DNA of 64,000 bases from Octopus sinensis (lineage: Eukaryota): the NCBI RefSeq assembly GCF_006345805.1, contig NC_043018.1, positions 10,168,001 to 10,232,000 of the forward strand. Reading direction: 5' to 3'. The translations under genes and the position numbers were made by a program. Each line of letters begins with the position of its first letter. Position 1 is the first letter of the stretch. Positions 63,064 to 64,000 of this stretch are shown in pieces. The notes under the pieces were generated by a model. It searched no databases and was not told the origin of the DNA. It saw only the letters and a program-made list of their open reading frames with translations.

Positions 63064-63699
63064 TTAACATCAGTTTTCCATGCTTGGGCCGGACAGCTTA
63101 ACAGGGACTGGCAAGGCCAGGGGCTGTATGAGGTTCCCAGAAAAAAAAAAAAGAATGAAAGGCAAAGTTGACCTCAGTGGAATTGAACTCAGAACGTAGT
63201 GATAGGTGAAATTCCGCTAAGCGTTTTGCCTGGCGTGCTAACGATTCTACTAGCTGGCCACTTATAACAATAAAATGGCTTTTCAAGGTAAATAAATAAC
63301 AAATAACACTTGCCCAAAGTGACATAGGGTGGGACTGATCTCTGAACCATGTGGATGGGGATCAATTTCTTACCACACAGCCATGCCTGCACCTTAGGCT
63401 TAAATACATTATTTAGTGACCAGCAGAAAACCACCCAGAGGGCAGTGTCTCTGTTAGTGTTGAATAATAATTTCTAATACCACTACATTCACAGAGTGGT
63501 TGGCGTTAGGAAGGGCATCCAGCTGTAGAAACATTGCCAGATAAGACTGGAGCCTGGTGCAGCCTTCTGGCTTCCCAGGTCCCCGGTCGAACCGTCCAAC
63601 CCATGCTAGCATGGAGAACGGACGTTAAACGATGATGATGATGATGATGATGAATACAGTTCTAAGATTTGTAAGGCAATAGTATTTTTTTATACTTAC

Positions 63700-63749
63700 T
63701 TTTGCCATTCGTTTAGCTTGTTTTTTACCGCTTTTACGCTGTTTTTCAT
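63700..63749 (-). CDS. Exon 1 of 14 seen, unnamed minus-strand gene (xEKQRKSGKKQAKRMAK, phase 1 to 0); could instead be 5' UTR
   Basis: Strong donor AAA|gtaagt, weaker acceptor ttatttattcaaag|. K-rich frame ends in phase 0, matching exon 2. Confidence 0.55.
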
Positions 63750-64000
63750 CTTTGAATAAATAACAAATATATCATATCATATATCCACATATATAAACAA
63801 CATATATAAACAAAATATATATCATGATTGAGGCTTATATTTATCATAGAAATGTTGTGGCAAAGAAGGATTCATATTTAATGAGTACCGCAAGGGTTTA
63901 AACCATATATATATATATATATATATAATATATATATATATACATATATACATACATATATATATATATAATATATATACATATATACATACATATATAT

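Overview
AT-rich, repeat-dense eukaryotic DNA. The SINE, LINE and microsatellite repertoire is most consistent with an octopus genome (inference from remembered repeat families, not from a search). Almost every ORF in the supplied track is a microsatellite or transposon artefact. The real coding content is one minus-strand gene that I rebuilt from splice signals: 14 small exons from 63749 down to a TAA stop at 3484, all GT-AG and phase-compatible. They encode about 343 aa of an E/K/P-rich protein that I cannot name. The gene may continue beyond the right edge, and a 100-N gap (31515-31614) lies in its largest intron. Nine consecutive exons are symmetric phase-0 cassettes of 36-105 nt. The introns contain RTE, CR1 and R4/Dong-type LINE fragments, tRNA-derived SINEs, mariner and DD41D transposons, piggyBac-like and 8-bp-TSD MITEs, Helitrons and several minisatellites. 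The most unusual structures are three long fold-back palindromes (17.1-18.7 kb), a hierarchical 21/22-43-86-172 bp satellite next to a splice donor, a nearly intact CR1 nested in a SINE, and an unidentified ~235-bp structured element present twice. No CRISPR array, rRNA or credible functional tRNA was found.
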